DNA of 64,000 nucleotides from NCBI GenBank assembly GCA_937930535.1, contig CALGKJ010000130.1, positions 6,168-70,167 on the forward strand. The letters run 5' to 3'. The notes beneath the pieces are model-generated. The model saw nothing but the letters and a program-made list of their open reading frames with translations. It ran no database searches and was not told the origin of the DNA. The stretch is from an uncultured Clostridia bacterium. Lineage in GTDB: Bacteria; Bacillota; Clostridia; Lutisporales; Lutisporaceae. Below are positions 10,396 to 21,251 of this stretch, piece after piece. The position numbers and the translations under genes are program-made. Every line of letters starts with the position of its first letter. The stretch's first letter is position 1.

Positions 10396-10998
10396 ATGGA
10401 TTATGGTTATATAATTGTAGCTGTAGCTGCATATTTGTTGGGTAATTTTTCAACATCTTATATAGTATCTATGTTATCTGCACATATAGATATCCGCCAG
10501 CATGGAAGCGGCAATGCCGGCGCTACTAATGTATTAAGAGTTTTAGGTGTTAAGTCTGCCGCAATAACTTTTATAGGTGATGGCATTAAAGGCTCTTTGG
10601 CAGTGTTAGTTGGAAGATACTTGTTAGGCAGCTATGGTGAGGTAGTAGCCGGAGTTTTTGTAGTATTAGGTCATAATTGGCCGATAGTATTGAAATTTAA
10701 GGGTGGTAAGGGTATAGCATCAACTATTGGTGTAATACTTTCTATAACTCCCTTGATAGGAGTTATTTCTATTACAGTAGGTTTATTAATAGTATTATCT
10801 ACTAAATATGTTTCTTTAGGTTCAGTAGTGGGTATAACTCTGCTGCCTGTATCATTGTTTGTTTTTAAACAGCCCTCTGAATATTTTATTTTGGGATTGG
10901 TACTGGCATTTCTGGCAGTTTATAGACACTTTGGCAATATCAAAAGATTGCTTGATGGTACAGAGGCAAAGCTTGGACAAAGAAACAAACTTAAATAG
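10396..10998 (+). CDS. plsY: Acyl-phosphate:glycerol-3-phosphate acyltransferase PlsY
   Basis: About 200 aa and multi-TM, with motifs GSGNAGATN and KGGKGIA. It sits in the der-plsY-gpsA synteny. Confidence 0.92.
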   Translation: MDYGYIIVAVAAYLLGNFSTSYIVSMLSAHIDIRQHGSGNAGATNVLRVLGVKSAAITFIGDGIKGSLAVLVGRYLLGSYGEVVAGVFVVLGHNWPIVLKFKGGKGIASTIGVILSITPLIGVISITVGLLIVLSTKYVSLGSVVGITLLPVSLFVFKQPSEYFILGLVLAFLAVYRHFGNIKRLLDGTEAKLGQRNKLK

Positions 10999-11009
10999 GG
11001 GGAAAGCTA

Positions 11010-12038
11010 TTGATGATCATATCAGTTATAGGAGCAGGAAGCTGGGGTACTGCCATGGCGTCTTTGTTATCAAAAAAAGGATACCAAGTTAAGCTGTGGG
11101 TACGGAGAAAAGAGTTGATAACTCAGCTAAATGAAACTAGAGTAAATAATATATATTTGCCAGAAGTAATACTTGGCGAAAATATAACATTTTCAAGTGA
11201 TATAGAGTATTGCTGCAAGGCTGCTGAAATAATTGTAATTGCAACACCCTCCCATACTGTCAGAGAAACAGCTGAGAAAATAAAGAAGTTCGTTAATAAA
11301 GATCAGTTTATAGTAAATCTAGCTAAGGGCATAGAAAATGAAACCTTATTGAGGATGTCCCAGGTTATACAGGAAGTATTACCTGATAACAGGGTAGTTA
11401 CCATGTCTGGACCATGCCATGCAGAAGAGGTTGCAAGAGATATTCCCACGGCTATTGTTTCAACTGCAAAGGAAAGAGCCTCAGCAGAATATATACAGGA
11501 TGTTTTCATGGCACCAAGCTTTAGGGTGTATACTAATCCTGATATAATCGGTGTTGAGCTTGGAGGAGCACTTAAGAATATAATTGCACTTGGTGCTGGA
11601 GTTACTGATGGTCTTGGCTATGGAGATAATACCAAGGCGGCACTTATGTCAAGGGGAATAGTTGAAATGGCTAGGCTGGGAGAAGCCTTAGGGGCAAATA
11701 AGCTAACCTTTGGAGGGCTTTCCGGCATTGGCGATTTAATCGTTACCTGCACCAGTATGCACAGCCGCAATAGAAAGGCAGGAATAGCCCTTGGACAGGG
11801 CAAAAGCCTGCACGAAATACTTGAAGGAACCAGTATGGTTGTAGAAGGCATAAGAACTGCAAAGTCGGCATATTTTCTTGCCAAGAAGCAGGGGGTAGAG
11901 ATGCCTATTACCCAGGAAATCTATGACCTTCTATACAATGGAACCCATGTAAAGGAATCAGTCATAAACCTGATGATGAGATCAAAGACACATGAAATTG
12001 AAGATATCGCAGCTATAAATAACTCGGAATGGATATAA
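11010..12038 (+). CDS. gpsA: NAD(P)H-dependent glycerol-3-phosphate dehydrogenase GpsA
   Basis: Rossmann motif VIGAGSWGTA, LAKGIE and GALKN motifs. The start is TTG 11010 or ATG 11013. Confidence 0.92.
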   Translation: MMIISVIGAGSWGTAMASLLSKKGYQVKLWVRRKELITQLNETRVNNIYLPEVILGENITFSSDIEYCCKAAEIIVIATPSHTVRETAEKIKKFVNKDQFIVNLAKGIENETLLRMSQVIQEVLPDNRVVTMSGPCHAEEVARDIPTAIVSTAKERASAEYIQDVFMAPSFRVYTNPDIIGVELGGALKNIIALGAGVTDGLGYGDNTKAALMSRGIVEMARLGEALGANKLTFGGLSGIGDLIVTCTSMHSRNRKAGIALGQGKSLHEILEGTSMVVEGIRTAKSAYFLAKKQGVEMPITQEIYDLLYNGTHVKESVINLMMRSKTHEIEDIAAINNSEWI

Positions 12039-12061
12039 TATAAGAACATATAGCTATTAAA

Positions 12062-12100
12062 AAATAAGCACTTTCAAAATAACAAGTGCTTATTTTTTTA
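12062..12100 (+). terminator. Rho-independent terminator after gpsA
   Basis: Stem ATAAGCAC / GTGCTTAT followed by a T7 run. Confidence 0.8.
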
Positions 12101-12381
12101 TCCATAATTCAAAAGCTCTATCACCATTTTATATTGTATAAGCAGCTTTTATTGTAAATAATCAGGCTGCATTTTTTTGTAATAATATTGTTCAACTATC
12201 ATATATATATAGAGAACCAAGTCTAGCATTAGTATATACACTTGCTTGGTTCTTAGAAAAGAAGCCAAGGGACTTAATATTTATTATGGCTTCTATATAA
12301 TAGTGGCAAATATTGCAGGAGACTAAGCCTGACTTATTCAGGTGAAATTCTGTATATAGTATTTTATAAGGAGGTAATAAG

Positions 12382-13860
12382 GTGGAAGGATACGATGTAT
12401 ATCGCGATATAGCTGAAAGAACGGAAGGCAGCATATACATAGGTGTTGTTGGACCCGTTAGAACAGGCAAATCCACATTTATTAAGAGATTTATGGATTT
12501 GCTTGTTATACCGAACATAGACAACGAGTTTAAAAAGGAAAGGACACGTGATGAGCTGCCTCAAAGTGCAAATGGAAAGACTATAATGACAACTGAACCA
12601 AAATTTGTTCCCAACGAGGCTGTAGAATTAACCCTTAGAGATAATGCGAAATTTAAGGTAAGGCTGGTGGATTGTGTTGGCTATTTGGTTGACGGCGCAT
12701 TAGGACACGTTGAGGATAATACACCTAGAATGGTAAACACTCCTTGGTTTGAGAACCAGATACCATTTGAAGAAGCTGCTGAAATAGGAACAAGGAAGGT
12801 AATTGCAGAACATTCCACAATAGGAATTGTCGTAACCACTGATGGGTCAATAACTGACCTGCCTCGTAGAAGCTACATAGAAGCAGAAGAAAGAGTAATA
12901 AAAGAATTAAAGGAACTGGAAAAGCCATTTATTATAGTGCTTAATTCAGCGAAACCAAATTCCCAAGAAACAATCGAGCTGCGTGAAGCCCTTGAAACAA
13001 AATATGATACACCTGTAGTAGTAGTAGATTGTTTAAGAATGGAAATGCGGGACTTGGATTCAATACTGGAGAAAATACTATTTGAGTTTCCAGTTAGAGA
13101 AATCAATTTACATTTGCCAAGATGGACAGACAGCTTAGAACTGGATCATTGGCTTAAACGCGGAATAATTGATGGAATAAGAAGTAATCTGGATGGTGTT
13201 TACAGGTTAAGAGATATCGACAATTCAGTGGAAGGTTTTACGACTAATGATAATATAAATAGAACAGATATTACCGATATGCAAATGGGAGAAGGCATAG
13301 TAAATATTACACTGACCTTGAAGGAGGGCTTATTCTTCAGGATACTGGGTGAGGTTTCAGGCTATGACATTAACGGTGATTATCAGTTAATTTCACTGGT
13401 TAAGGATTTGGCTCAATCAAAAAGGGAGTATGAGAAGGTAAGGGATGCTCTAAAGGATGTAAAGGAATTTGGCTATGGTATGGTAGCACCATCTGTTGAA
13501 GAAATCAGGCTAGAGGAACCAGAAATAGCAAAACAAGGTAATAAGTTCGGGGTCAAACTCAGAGCAAGCGCACCGTCACTGCATATCATAAGATGCGATA
13601 TTGAAACAGAAATAGCACCAATTATTGGTACTGAAAAGCAAAGTGAAGAGTTTATAAGGTACTTTATGGAAGAATTTGAGAATAACCCTCAGAAAATATG
13701 GGAAACAAATATGTTTGGAAAATCCCTGTATGATATGGTTAAGGAAGAGCTTCAAGGGAAATTATATAAAATGCCCGATGATATACAAGGCAAGCTGCAA
13801 TTAACCTTGCAAAAGGTGGTAAATGACTCCAAGGGCGGAATAATATGCATAATAATTTAG
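12382..13860 (+). CDS. spoIVA: Stage IV sporulation protein A (spore coat morphogenetic ATPase)
   Basis: N-terminus YRDIAERTEGSIYIGVVGPVRTGKSTFIKRFM (Walker A), about 492 aa, conserved position after gpsA. GTG start follows AGGAGG. Confidence 0.95.
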   Translation: MEGYDVYRDIAERTEGSIYIGVVGPVRTGKSTFIKRFMDLLVIPNIDNEFKKERTRDELPQSANGKTIMTTEPKFVPNEAVELTLRDNAKFKVRLVDCVGYLVDGALGHVEDNTPRMVNTPWFENQIPFEEAAEIGTRKVIAEHSTIGIVVTTDGSITDLPRRSYIEAEERVIKELKELEKPFIIVLNSAKPNSQETIELREALETKYDTPVVVVDCLRMEMRDLDSILEKILFEFPVREINLHLPRWTDSLELDHWLKRGIIDGIRSNLDGVYRLRDIDNSVEGFTTNDNINRTDITDMQMGEGIVNITLTLKEGLFFRILGEVSGYDINGDYQLISLVKDLAQSKREYEKVRDALKDVKEFGYGMVAPSVEEIRLEEPEIAKQGNKFGVKLRASAPSLHIIRCDIETEIAPIIGTEKQSEEFIRYFMEEFENNPQKIWETNMFGKSLYDMVKEELQGKLYKMPDDIQGKLQLTLQKVVNDSKGGIICIII

Positions 13861-13867
13861 AAAAGAA

Positions 13868-13904
13868 AATAGCAGCATCTACTTTTAAAGCAGATGCTGC
13901 TATT
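13868..13904. terminator. Bidirectional terminator between convergent spoIVA and speD
   Basis: Stem AGCAGCATCT / AGATGCTGCT, flanked by A-rich sequence on the 5' side and T-rich sequence on the 3' side. Confidence 0.75.
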
Positions 13905-14723
13905 TTATACTTTTGTAACATTTCTTCCGTAGAATATTTCTGCCATTTCTTTTTTAAGCTTTTGTTTGATTTTCTTCTTTTCGCCAGGAAGAAGATCCTT
14001 TTTTGTAACTCCAAATAGGTAGTTATCCAAGTCAAATTCCTTAAGAATCATCTTTGTATGAAAAATATTCTCTTGATATACGTTAACATCCATCATTTGA
14101 TATATATTCTTAGTATCACTTGAGATATAGTTTTGTATAGAATTAATCTTATGATCTATAAAAAACTTTTTGCCATTAACATCTCGAGTAAAACCTCTGA
14201 CTCTATAATCAATAGTCATTATATCTGAGTCGAAACAATGAATCAAATAGTTTAGAGCTTTTAAAGGAGAAATTCTGCCGCAGGTTGATACATCAATATC
14301 TGCTCTAAAGGTACTGATTCCATCATCAGGGTGACTTTCGGGATATGTATGAACTGTAATATGACTCTTATCCAGATGAGCTAATACTGTATCAGGCAGC
14401 GGACCAGGAGTTTCTGAATCAGTTAATGCCTCCGGCTGATCGCTGTGATTGCCCTCCTCGGCTACAAGCATGGTAACGCTTGCACCCATTGGGTCATAAT
14501 CCTGCTTAGCAATATTGAGTACGTTTGCACCAATAATTTCAGCAACATTTGTTAATATACTGGTAAGACGTTCTGCATTATACTGCTCATCAATATATTC
14601 TAAATAACCTTTACGATCTTCATTAGTCTTTGCATAACAAATATCGTACATGTTGAAGCTTAGTGTTTTGGTAAGATTGTTAAATCCATAAAGCTGAAGC
14701 TTTTTAATAGTTTTGATTTCCAT
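13905..14723 (-). CDS. speD: S-adenosylmethionine decarboxylase proenzyme, long enterobacterial-type SpeD
   Basis: By my recollection of E. coli SpeD, similarity is very high along the whole length ([36 protein letters not shown] carrying the self-cleavage Ser, [13 protein letters not shown]). AGGAGG RBS. Confidence 0.9.
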   Translation of the reverse strand: MEIKTIKKLQLYGFNNLTKTLSFNMYDICYAKTNEDRKGYLEYIDEQYNAERLTSILTNVAEIIGANVLNIAKQDYDPMGASVTMLVAEEGNHSDQPEALTDSETPGPLPDTVLAHLDKSHITVHTYPESHPDDGISTFRADIDVSTCGRISPLKALNYLIHCFDSDIMTIDYRVRGFTRDVNGKKFFIDHKINSIQNYISSDTKNIYQMMDVNVYQENIFHTKMILKEFDLDNYLFGVTKKDLLPGEKKKIKQKLKKEMAEIFYGRNVTKV

Positions 14724-14942
14724 CTTAACCTCCTAGTATACGAAAATATAATAAAGAATTCGCTATAAAATACTGCATAGTAATAGTGCTATTTTTATAT
14801 TTACATTTTGCGAACTCAGCTCAGAGCACTATGGCATTTAAGATAAATACCTGCTTTTACAATTATAAACCTAAGTAATAAATATATCAAGTATAATACA
14901 TTTTTCAAATAATAAATGCAGCACGATTTCATGCTGCATTTA

Positions 14943-16058
14943 TTATTTGAGATTTTCTGGATTTAATACTTCCAATTCTGGTAAAACGAATCTTCCATCT
15001 TTTCTAATTAACACATCATCGAAGAAAATTTCTCCTCCTCCATATTCAGGAGTTTGAATAAATACCAAATCCCAATGTACAGCTGATTTGTTGCCGTTAA
15101 AGCAATCATCATAGGCATTTCCTGGAGTGAAGTGAATACTTCCCATTATTTTTTCATCAAATAAAGTATCCTTCATAGGCTTAATAATATAAGGATTAAC
15201 ACCTATTGCAAATTCGCCTGCATATCTTGCACCAGCATCTGTATCAAATACTTTATTTATTCTTTCAGTATCATTTGCTGTAGCAGCTATAATTTTACCA
15301 TCCTTAAATTCAAGTCTGATATTTTCGTAGGTAAAGCCTTGGTATTCAGCTGGAGTATTATATGTAATGTAACCATTTACAGAGTCAATAACAGGTGCTG
15401 AGAATACCTCTCCATCAGGTATATTTACTTGACCGGCACATTTAATCGCTGGCAGACCTTTGATTGAGAAGGTCAAGTCAGTACCTTTGCCAGTAATTCT
15501 TACTCTGTCGGTTTTCTCCATTATCTTAACTAATGAATCCATAGCATTGGACATTTTTGCATAATCTAAAGTACAAACATTAAAATAAAAGTCCTCAAAC
15601 TGTTCTGTACTCATATTTGCCATCTGTGCCATTGCATCATTTGGATATCTCATAATACACCATTTTGTATTGGGCACTCTTATGTCCGAGTGAACTGGCT
15701 TAAAGAAATTTGTTTGGTAGATGTTCATCTTTTCCCCTGGTACATCAGCCCAGTCAGATGAATTTTTAGCACCTCTGATACCTATATAAGCCTGCATTTT
15801 TTTCATATGCTCTGCTTCTGATTCTGCTATCCTTGTCATATGCTCTTCACTGGTTCCCAGTAGAAGCTCTCTCATTAAGATTCTGTTTTTTACTGATAAG
15901 AAAGGGTAGCCGCCAATTTTATGAGTTTCTTTTATCAGCGCAGCAGCCAGATCTTCGCCGCAATCATAAACTTCAATAAGTATATTTTCACCGGGCTGAA
16001 GATTAACAGAATAACTTAATAAATTTTTGGCTAGCTTAGCGATTCTTGGATCTTTCAT
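14943..16058 (-). CDS. M29 family aminopeptidase (AmpS/PepS-like)
   Basis: 371 aa. N-terminus KLAKNLLSYSVNLQPGENILIE and C-terminal HFTPGNAY...HWDLV are typical of thermophilic-metalloprotease M29. AGGAGG RBS. Confidence 0.85.
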   Translation of the reverse strand: MKDPRIAKLAKNLLSYSVNLQPGENILIEVYDCGEDLAAALIKETHKIGGYPFLSVKNRILMRELLLGTSEEHMTRIAESEAEHMKKMQAYIGIRGAKNSSDWADVPGEKMNIYQTNFFKPVHSDIRVPNTKWCIMRYPNDAMAQMANMSTEQFEDFYFNVCTLDYAKMSNAMDSLVKIMEKTDRVRITGKGTDLTFSIKGLPAIKCAGQVNIPDGEVFSAPVIDSVNGYITYNTPAEYQGFTYENIRLEFKDGKIIAATANDTERINKVFDTDAGARYAGEFAIGVNPYIIKPMKDTLFDEKIMGSIHFTPGNAYDDCFNGNKSAVHWDLVFIQTPEYGGGEIFFDDVLIRKDGRFVLPELEVLNPENLK

Positions 16059-16374
16059 TTATTTGACCTCCTAAAAATTTACAGATTTTATAATAATAAT
16101 TTAAGTCTAAACCACAAATTTTATTATAATAGAATTGTTTCAAATTGTAATCATTAATATTTAGTATAAAACTTTATGTATGATGTTTATGAAATTAGAT
16201 GTGTGTATAATATTATTACATATATAGTATACAACACTAATAATTATGTGTAAAGAAATAACATATAAAAAATAATATTTGCAGAAAATATATTGTGCGA
16301 AATATGATTAATAAATTCATACAAATTATGTAAAGGCAGTATAATAATTTTTAATATAAATAGGAGATGTATAT

Positions 16375-17073
16375 ATGAACTTGATAGAGAAAACCTATGG
16401 AACAGCAGTTAAGACGGTGTTGTGGTTTGTACTTCCATTTAAGGAGATGTTTATAGAAACTTTATGTGAGGTACATGTTTTTATTAATAATCAGGCATTG
16501 GTTATATTGAAAAATGATGGTTATAAGGAGGCTTATGATTTGCTTGACAGCTACAAAGCAGCTATTAATAAAGGGGCTGTCTGGGCAGATCAGGATTTTA
16601 AGAGCAGAGATCATTTCTACAATCCTTTTACACATAAGGGGTTGTTTGGCTGCAAGACCTCAAAGGAATGGTTTAATAAATACTATAGATATGCTCTTGT
16701 TCATTGGGAGCAAGGTGATTACCAAACTGCAATGTTTTATCTTGGAGCAGCAGTACATCTGATTCAGGATGCAACAATACCGCAGCATGGTAACGTAAAC
16801 CTATTGAAAAACCACAGAAGCTATGAACAGTGGATTAAAAAGGTACATGACGATTTTGTACACTACGCCGTTGAAGATAAAGGACTGTACTATAATTGTC
16901 CCAATTACTATATTGACATGAACGCAAAGTGTGCTATAGAAACCTATAGGAGGTATTCCTTGATAAAAAATCCTAAGGATAAATATTTCAGAATAACAAA
17001 TATAACCTTTCCCATAGCTCAAAGAACTACAGCAGGGTGCTTTCTAAATTTCTATAACAAGGTTTCCAATTAA
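16375..17073 (+). CDS. Zinc-dependent phospholipase C family protein
   Basis: Zn-ligand style motifs WADQDF, DHFYNP, HLIQDATIPQHGN. About 230 aa, single-domain PLC-like fold. Confidence 0.65.
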   Translation: MNLIEKTYGTAVKTVLWFVLPFKEMFIETLCEVHVFINNQALVILKNDGYKEAYDLLDSYKAAINKGAVWADQDFKSRDHFYNPFTHKGLFGCKTSKEWFNKYYRYALVHWEQGDYQTAMFYLGAAVHLIQDATIPQHGNVNLLKNHRSYEQWIKKVHDDFVHYAVEDKGLYYNCPNYYIDMNAKCAIETYRRYSLIKNPKDKYFRITNITFPIAQRTTAGCFLNFYNKVSN

Positions 17074-17088
17074 TGATTATCTAAAAAA

Positions 17089-17130
17089 TAATATAAGTGT
17101 CGGTTTTTTGCCCGACACTTATATTATTTT
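17089..17130. terminator. Bidirectional terminator between the PLC-like and ferritin-like genes
   Basis: Stem ATATAAGTGTCGG / CCGACACTTATAT with a T-rich loop and AT-rich flanks. It overlaps the stop codon of the minus-strand gene. Confidence 0.7.
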
Positions 17131-17540
17131 AGCATAGAATATAAATAAACAAATCTGGTTGCGTGTTCCTGCTCATCGGTTATTATTTCAAACAGCATAT
17201 CTCTGTGTTTTTTGCTATCCAGCATCGCGCGGATTTGACGATATAGCTCTACAGCTTTCAATTCACCCTGAATACCTGTTTTTATTCCGTCAATCAACCT
17301 GCATTTTTCAACCTCGGGGGCTGGGACTTCGATAATCTCGCTGGTTAAGTCTTTGAATATTTCCAGAAACATTTTATAGTGTTTTCCTTCGTCAAGGTAG
17401 GCATATCTAATGTTTTCGATTATTTCCTTGTTGTCAGTCAGTTCCATAAGATTCTTATACTTTATAAAGTCATATCTTTCACCTTTCAGTGCGTCTTTTA
17501 TCATATCGAAAAGCCTGTTGATATATTTATTATGCTGCAT
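17124..17540 (-). CDS. Ferritin-like / rubrerythrin-fold domain protein
   Basis: Paired ExxH-type segments (LDEGKHYKMF and TDEQEHATRF). ATG 17540 (MQHNKY) follows GGGGGTGGAGA. The ORF-track GTG at 17552 lies inside that RBS. Confidence 0.6.
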   Translation of the reverse strand: MQHNKYINRLFDMIKDALKGERYDFIKYKNLMELTDNKEIIENIRYAYLDEGKHYKMFLEIFKDLTSEIIEVPAPEVEKCRLIDGIKTGIQGELKAVELYRQIRAMLDSKKHRDMLFEIITDEQEHATRFVYLYSMLK

Positions 17541-17562
17541 GGTACTCTCCACCCCCTACACA

Positions 17563-17582
17563 TAGATAACCAACTCTATAAC
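17563..17582 (-). repeat. M2-like repeat copy (minus-strand reading GTTATAGAGTTGGTTATCTA)
   Basis: 19/20 match to the M2 core. It sits just upstream of the RBS of the ferritin-like gene, the same placement as the copy upstream of pstC. Confidence 0.6.
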
Positions 17583-17613
17583 TGATATAACATTATATGT
17601 AGGTGTAATAATT

Positions 17614-19365
17614 TTATTGTTTGTCTTCATTATAAATACTATCTAGGGGTATAGTCATACTTTTATAATTGCCCTGCTCACTTTTCAAAAAAAACATTAA
17701 AGTTTTTTCTGGAGCTTTATCCTTATAGGCAATATTAATGAAGAACACTTCAAAGGAAACATATTTTAATATATTTTTTGCATCTATATTGATAAAGCTG
17801 TTAGCAAATTTTAGTATATCTAACGAGGTTTTAATAAAATAATGAACGACCTCTTTTATAATAGCGTGATTATAACGCTTTATAATACTCGGTATATTGT
17901 TATTGCCTGAATGCAATATCCAATCAAACTTGATAATTTCATTGAATTCTAAGCTGGAGCTATGCTTGCTTGTAATGAATTCATACAGTATTACACATAA
18001 ATCACTTAAGCTTTTTGGAGAATCATAATAATTTTTTAATACCCAATAATCTGAGAAGCTGTAGTAAAAGCTGAAGGCATCACTGTAATAACTATCAATT
18101 ATATAGTCTAGAGAGCTGCGAAATTTTCCTGAGTTATGATATATATCCAGCAAGTGTTCAATATTTTTAAGCTTAAGCAGCTCCTCATAAGACATCCATT
18201 TTGTGGATAATACTTCATATGGAGGATGCTCATTATATTCTATACTGTACTCAAAGGATTTTTTTCTTATGCCGGAGCCTTTTAAAAGCTTTAAAAATCC
18301 AAGCTGGAGCATGTCTGCTTTTATATTGTATACTGCATTAAAAGAGCTTTTAAAGCTATCGAAGCTTTCATAAGGCAGCCCTGCTATTAAATCTAAATGT
18401 ACGTGTGCATTATTAAATTCTATAATCTTAAGTACATTTTCTCTAACCTTATCAAAATTCATTTTCCTTTTTATTTCATACAGGGTATCGGTATTTGTTG
18501 ACTGTACTCCTATTTCAAATTGAAAAAGACCTTCTGGAGCAGCGGATAATACCTCTAAAAAGCTATTATCTATTAAATCTGCTGCAATCTCGAAGTGGAA
18601 GTTAGTATTGCCTTTCAAGTCTATAATATATTGTATTATTTCTATACTTCTTTTTTTATCACAGTTAAAGGTTCTATCTACCAGCTTTACCTGCTTTACA
18701 TTATTTTTTACAAAAAAAGCTATATCTGATTTAATACGCTCCAAAGAAAAAAATCTGATACCATGTATGGTTGAGGATAAGCAGTACTGGCAGTTAAAGG
18801 GGCAGCCCCTGCTTGTTTCATAATATATTATTTTGTTTTGAAGCTGTGATATATCAACATATGGGAAGGGTATTATATCCAGATTATCTATTTGCCTTCT
18901 TATTTTATTAAGATAGACTTTATTATTATGCTTGTAAGCTATACCATCAACACTTTGCAATTCAGATATCTCTTCATTTATATATTTTGCTAAATCAAGA
19001 AAGGTCAGCTCACCCTCTCCTGCAATTATAAAATCTACATCAGGATTACTGTTTAATAAATCAGTATAGTCATAGGATACTTCTGGTCCTCCAAGTATTA
19101 TAATACTTTTTGGCAGGATTTTTTTTATACTTCTAGCAAGCTTTAATACCAGCTCTATGTTCCATATATAGCAGGAGAAGGCAATAACATTGCAACCACT
19201 ATTATATATTTCCTTTAATATATTGTTAAAGCTGTCATTTATACTGAATTCCTTAATACTAACGCTGTCTATACTTGATTTACAATATTCCTTAATATAT
19301 CTTACAGCTAGATTTGAGTGTATGTACTTTGCGTTTATTGCAGTTAAAAGAAATTTATTATGCAT
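17614..19365 (-). CDS. B12-binding-domain radical SAM protein with DUF4080 C-terminal region
   Basis: N-terminal B12-like Rossmann segment, radical SAM cluster CPFNCQYC, long C-terminal extension. ATG 19365 (MHNKFLL) follows AGGGGGA. The ORF track extends to 19395. Confidence 0.8.
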   Translation of the reverse strand: MHNKFLLTAINAKYIHSNLAVRYIKEYCKSSIDSVSIKEFSINDSFNNILKEIYNSGCNVIAFSCYIWNIELVLKLARSIKKILPKSIIILGGPEVSYDYTDLLNSNPDVDFIIAGEGELTFLDLAKYINEEISELQSVDGIAYKHNNKVYLNKIRRQIDNLDIIPFPYVDISQLQNKIIYYETSRGCPFNCQYCLSSTIHGIRFFSLERIKSDIAFFVKNNVKQVKLVDRTFNCDKKRSIEIIQYIIDLKGNTNFHFEIAADLIDNSFLEVLSAAPEGLFQFEIGVQSTNTDTLYEIKRKMNFDKVRENVLKIIEFNNAHVHLDLIAGLPYESFDSFKSSFNAVYNIKADMLQLGFLKLLKGSGIRKKSFEYSIEYNEHPPYEVLSTKWMSYEELLKLKNIEHLLDIYHNSGKFRSSLDYIIDSYYSDAFSFYYSFSDYWVLKNYYDSPKSLSDLCVILYEFITSKHSSSLEFNEIIKFDWILHSGNNNIPSIIKRYNHAIIKEVVHYFIKTSLDILKFANSFINIDAKNILKYVSFEVFFINIAYKDKAPEKTLMFFLKSEQGNYKSMTIPLDSIYNEDKQ

Positions 19366-19544
19366 ATTTTCCCCCTGTAAAATTGTTATCTTCATTTATA
19401 TATTATACCAATATTTTGTCATGTTTATATTATAAAGTTCAAATGAAGTTAGTCTCTAAATAGTTTAATAGTATTATTATAGTATTTCTAAGCAATTATT
19501 TGGTACAATAAACTATATATTTCTATTATCGGAGGTAAAGGCGA

Positions 19545-21251
19545 ATGGATAAGAGACAACTAAGCAGCATATTTGAAGATATAGCTATGCTGTTGGAAAT
19601 TAAAGGTGAAAATCCTTTTAAGACAAAAGCCTATATCAACGCAGCCAGAACCTTGGAGCTTCTGGAGGGAGACTTAAGTGATTATATAAAAGAGGGCAGC
19701 TTGGAGGATATTAAAGGTATAGGAAAGGCTATATCAGAAAAAATATTAGAGTATGCCCAAACAGGACAAATAAGATATTATGATGAATTAAAGGCAGCAG
19801 TGCCGGCAGGCTTGTTTGATATGCTGAGGATTCCGGGAGTTGGTCCTAAAAAGGTTAAAGTAATTTATGAAAAACTTGGCATAAAGTCTATAGGTGAATT
19901 GGAATACGCATGTATAGAAAACAGGCTGCTTGAAATTGAGGGCTTTGGAAAGAAAACACAAGATAATATTTTAAAAGGTATTGAGCATATCAAGAAGTTT
20001 AAGGGTCAGCACCTTTATGGAGATGTATTTTATCAGGCTCAGCAAATGAAAAATGCCTTGCTTGAATCTGGCTTTATAATACAATGTGAGATAACCGGAA
20101 GCTTAAGAAGAAAAAAGGAAATCGTAAAGGATATAGATATGGTATCAAGCTCAGCAAATCCTTTAAAGCTGGTAAATTACTTTACTACGCTGCCTTTAGT
20201 TGAGGAAATCATTGCAAAGGGTGACACCAAAGCTTCTGTCATACTAAAGTGCGGTATCAATATGGATTTACGAATAGTTGCTGAACATGAATATCCCTAT
20301 GTACTTAATCATTTTACAGGCAGCAAGGAGCATAATACAGCAATAAGACACAGAGCAAAGGCTATGGGCATTAAGGTAAATGAATATGGACTGTTTAGGG
20401 GAGAAGAGCTTATTAAATGCAGCAATGAAGCCGATATATATAAAGTCTTGGGCTTGACATATATCCCACCTGAGCTTAGAGAAAACAGTGGAGAAATAGA
20501 AGCCGCAGAAAAGGATTTATTGCCCTTGCTTATTGAAGCAAAGGACATATTAGGAGCATTTCATATACATACACAATATAGCGACGGTGCTGACACCATT
20601 GAGGAAATGGTAATGGAAGCAAAGAAGCTGGGATTAAGCTATATAGGAATTGCAGATCACAGTAAATCTGCTTTTTATGCAAGAGGCTTAAACGTGGACG
20701 AAATTAAAAGGCAGCATGAGGAAATAGATGAAATAAACTCAAGACAGTCAGGCTTTAAGATTTATAAAGGAATAGAAGCTGATATACTGCCGGATGGATC
20801 TTTGGACTATGAGGATAGTGTTTTAGAGCTTTTTGATTTTGTAATTGCCTCAGTACATTCAAATTTTAAGATGGAAAGAGATAAAATGACCCAGCGACTA
20901 AAAAATGCACTAACAAATCCATATACAACTATGCTTGGTCATCCTACAGGGCGTATACTTCTTGCCAGAGAGGAATATGAAATTGATATATATGAAGTTA
21001 TTGATACTGCTGCTGCATATGGAAAGATAATTGAAATAAACTCAGACCCCCATAGACTGGACTTGGATTGGAGATATATCAAATATGCCAGAGATAAAGG
21101 TGTAAAGCTGTCAATCAACCCTGATGCACATGATATATACGGACTCAAAAACATAGAGTTCGGAGTTGGCATTGCTCGTAAAGGGTGGCTGACTAAAAAG
21201 GATGTTATAAATTCTCTGGATATTCAGCAAATTAATGAGCTTTTAATATGA
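19545..21251 (+). CDS. polX: Family X DNA polymerase with C-terminal PHP phosphoesterase domain (PolX)
   Basis: HhH motifs (IKGIGKAISEKI, IPGVGPKKV), Pol-beta nucleotidyltransferase core (GSLRRKKEIVKDIDM), PHP motifs (HIHTQYSDG, DHS, SVHS, GHPTGR). Confidence 0.9.
   Translation: MDKRQLSSIFEDIAMLLEIKGENPFKTKAYINAARTLELLEGDLSDYIKEGSLEDIKGIGKAISEKILEYAQTGQIRYYDELKAAVPAGLFDMLRIPGVGPKKVKVIYEKLGIKSIGELEYACIENRLLEIEGFGKKTQDNILKGIEHIKKFKGQHLYGDVFYQAQQMKNALLESGFIIQCEITGSLRRKKEIVKDIDMVSSSANPLKLVNYFTTLPLVEEIIAKGDTKASVILKCGINMDLRIVAEHEYPYVLNHFTGSKEHNTAIRHRAKAMGIKVNEYGLFRGEELIKCSNEADIYKVLGLTYIPPELRENSGEIEAAEKDLLPLLIEAKDILGAFHIHTQYSDGADTIEEMVMEAKKLGLSYIGIADHSKSAFYARGLNVDEIKRQHEEIDEINSRQSGFKIYKGIEADILPDGSLDYEDSVLELFDFVIASVHSNFKMERDKMTQRLKNALTNPYTTMLGHPTGRILLAREEYEIDIYEVIDTAAAYGKIIEINSDPHRLDLDWRYIKYARDKGVKLSINPDAHDIYGLKNIEFGVGIARKGWLTKKDVINSLDIQQINELLI

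Noticed and set aside
10859-11092. 77-aa + strand ORF spanning the plsY-gpsA junction.
   Set aside because: It overlaps both well-supported genes out of frame and has no RBS.
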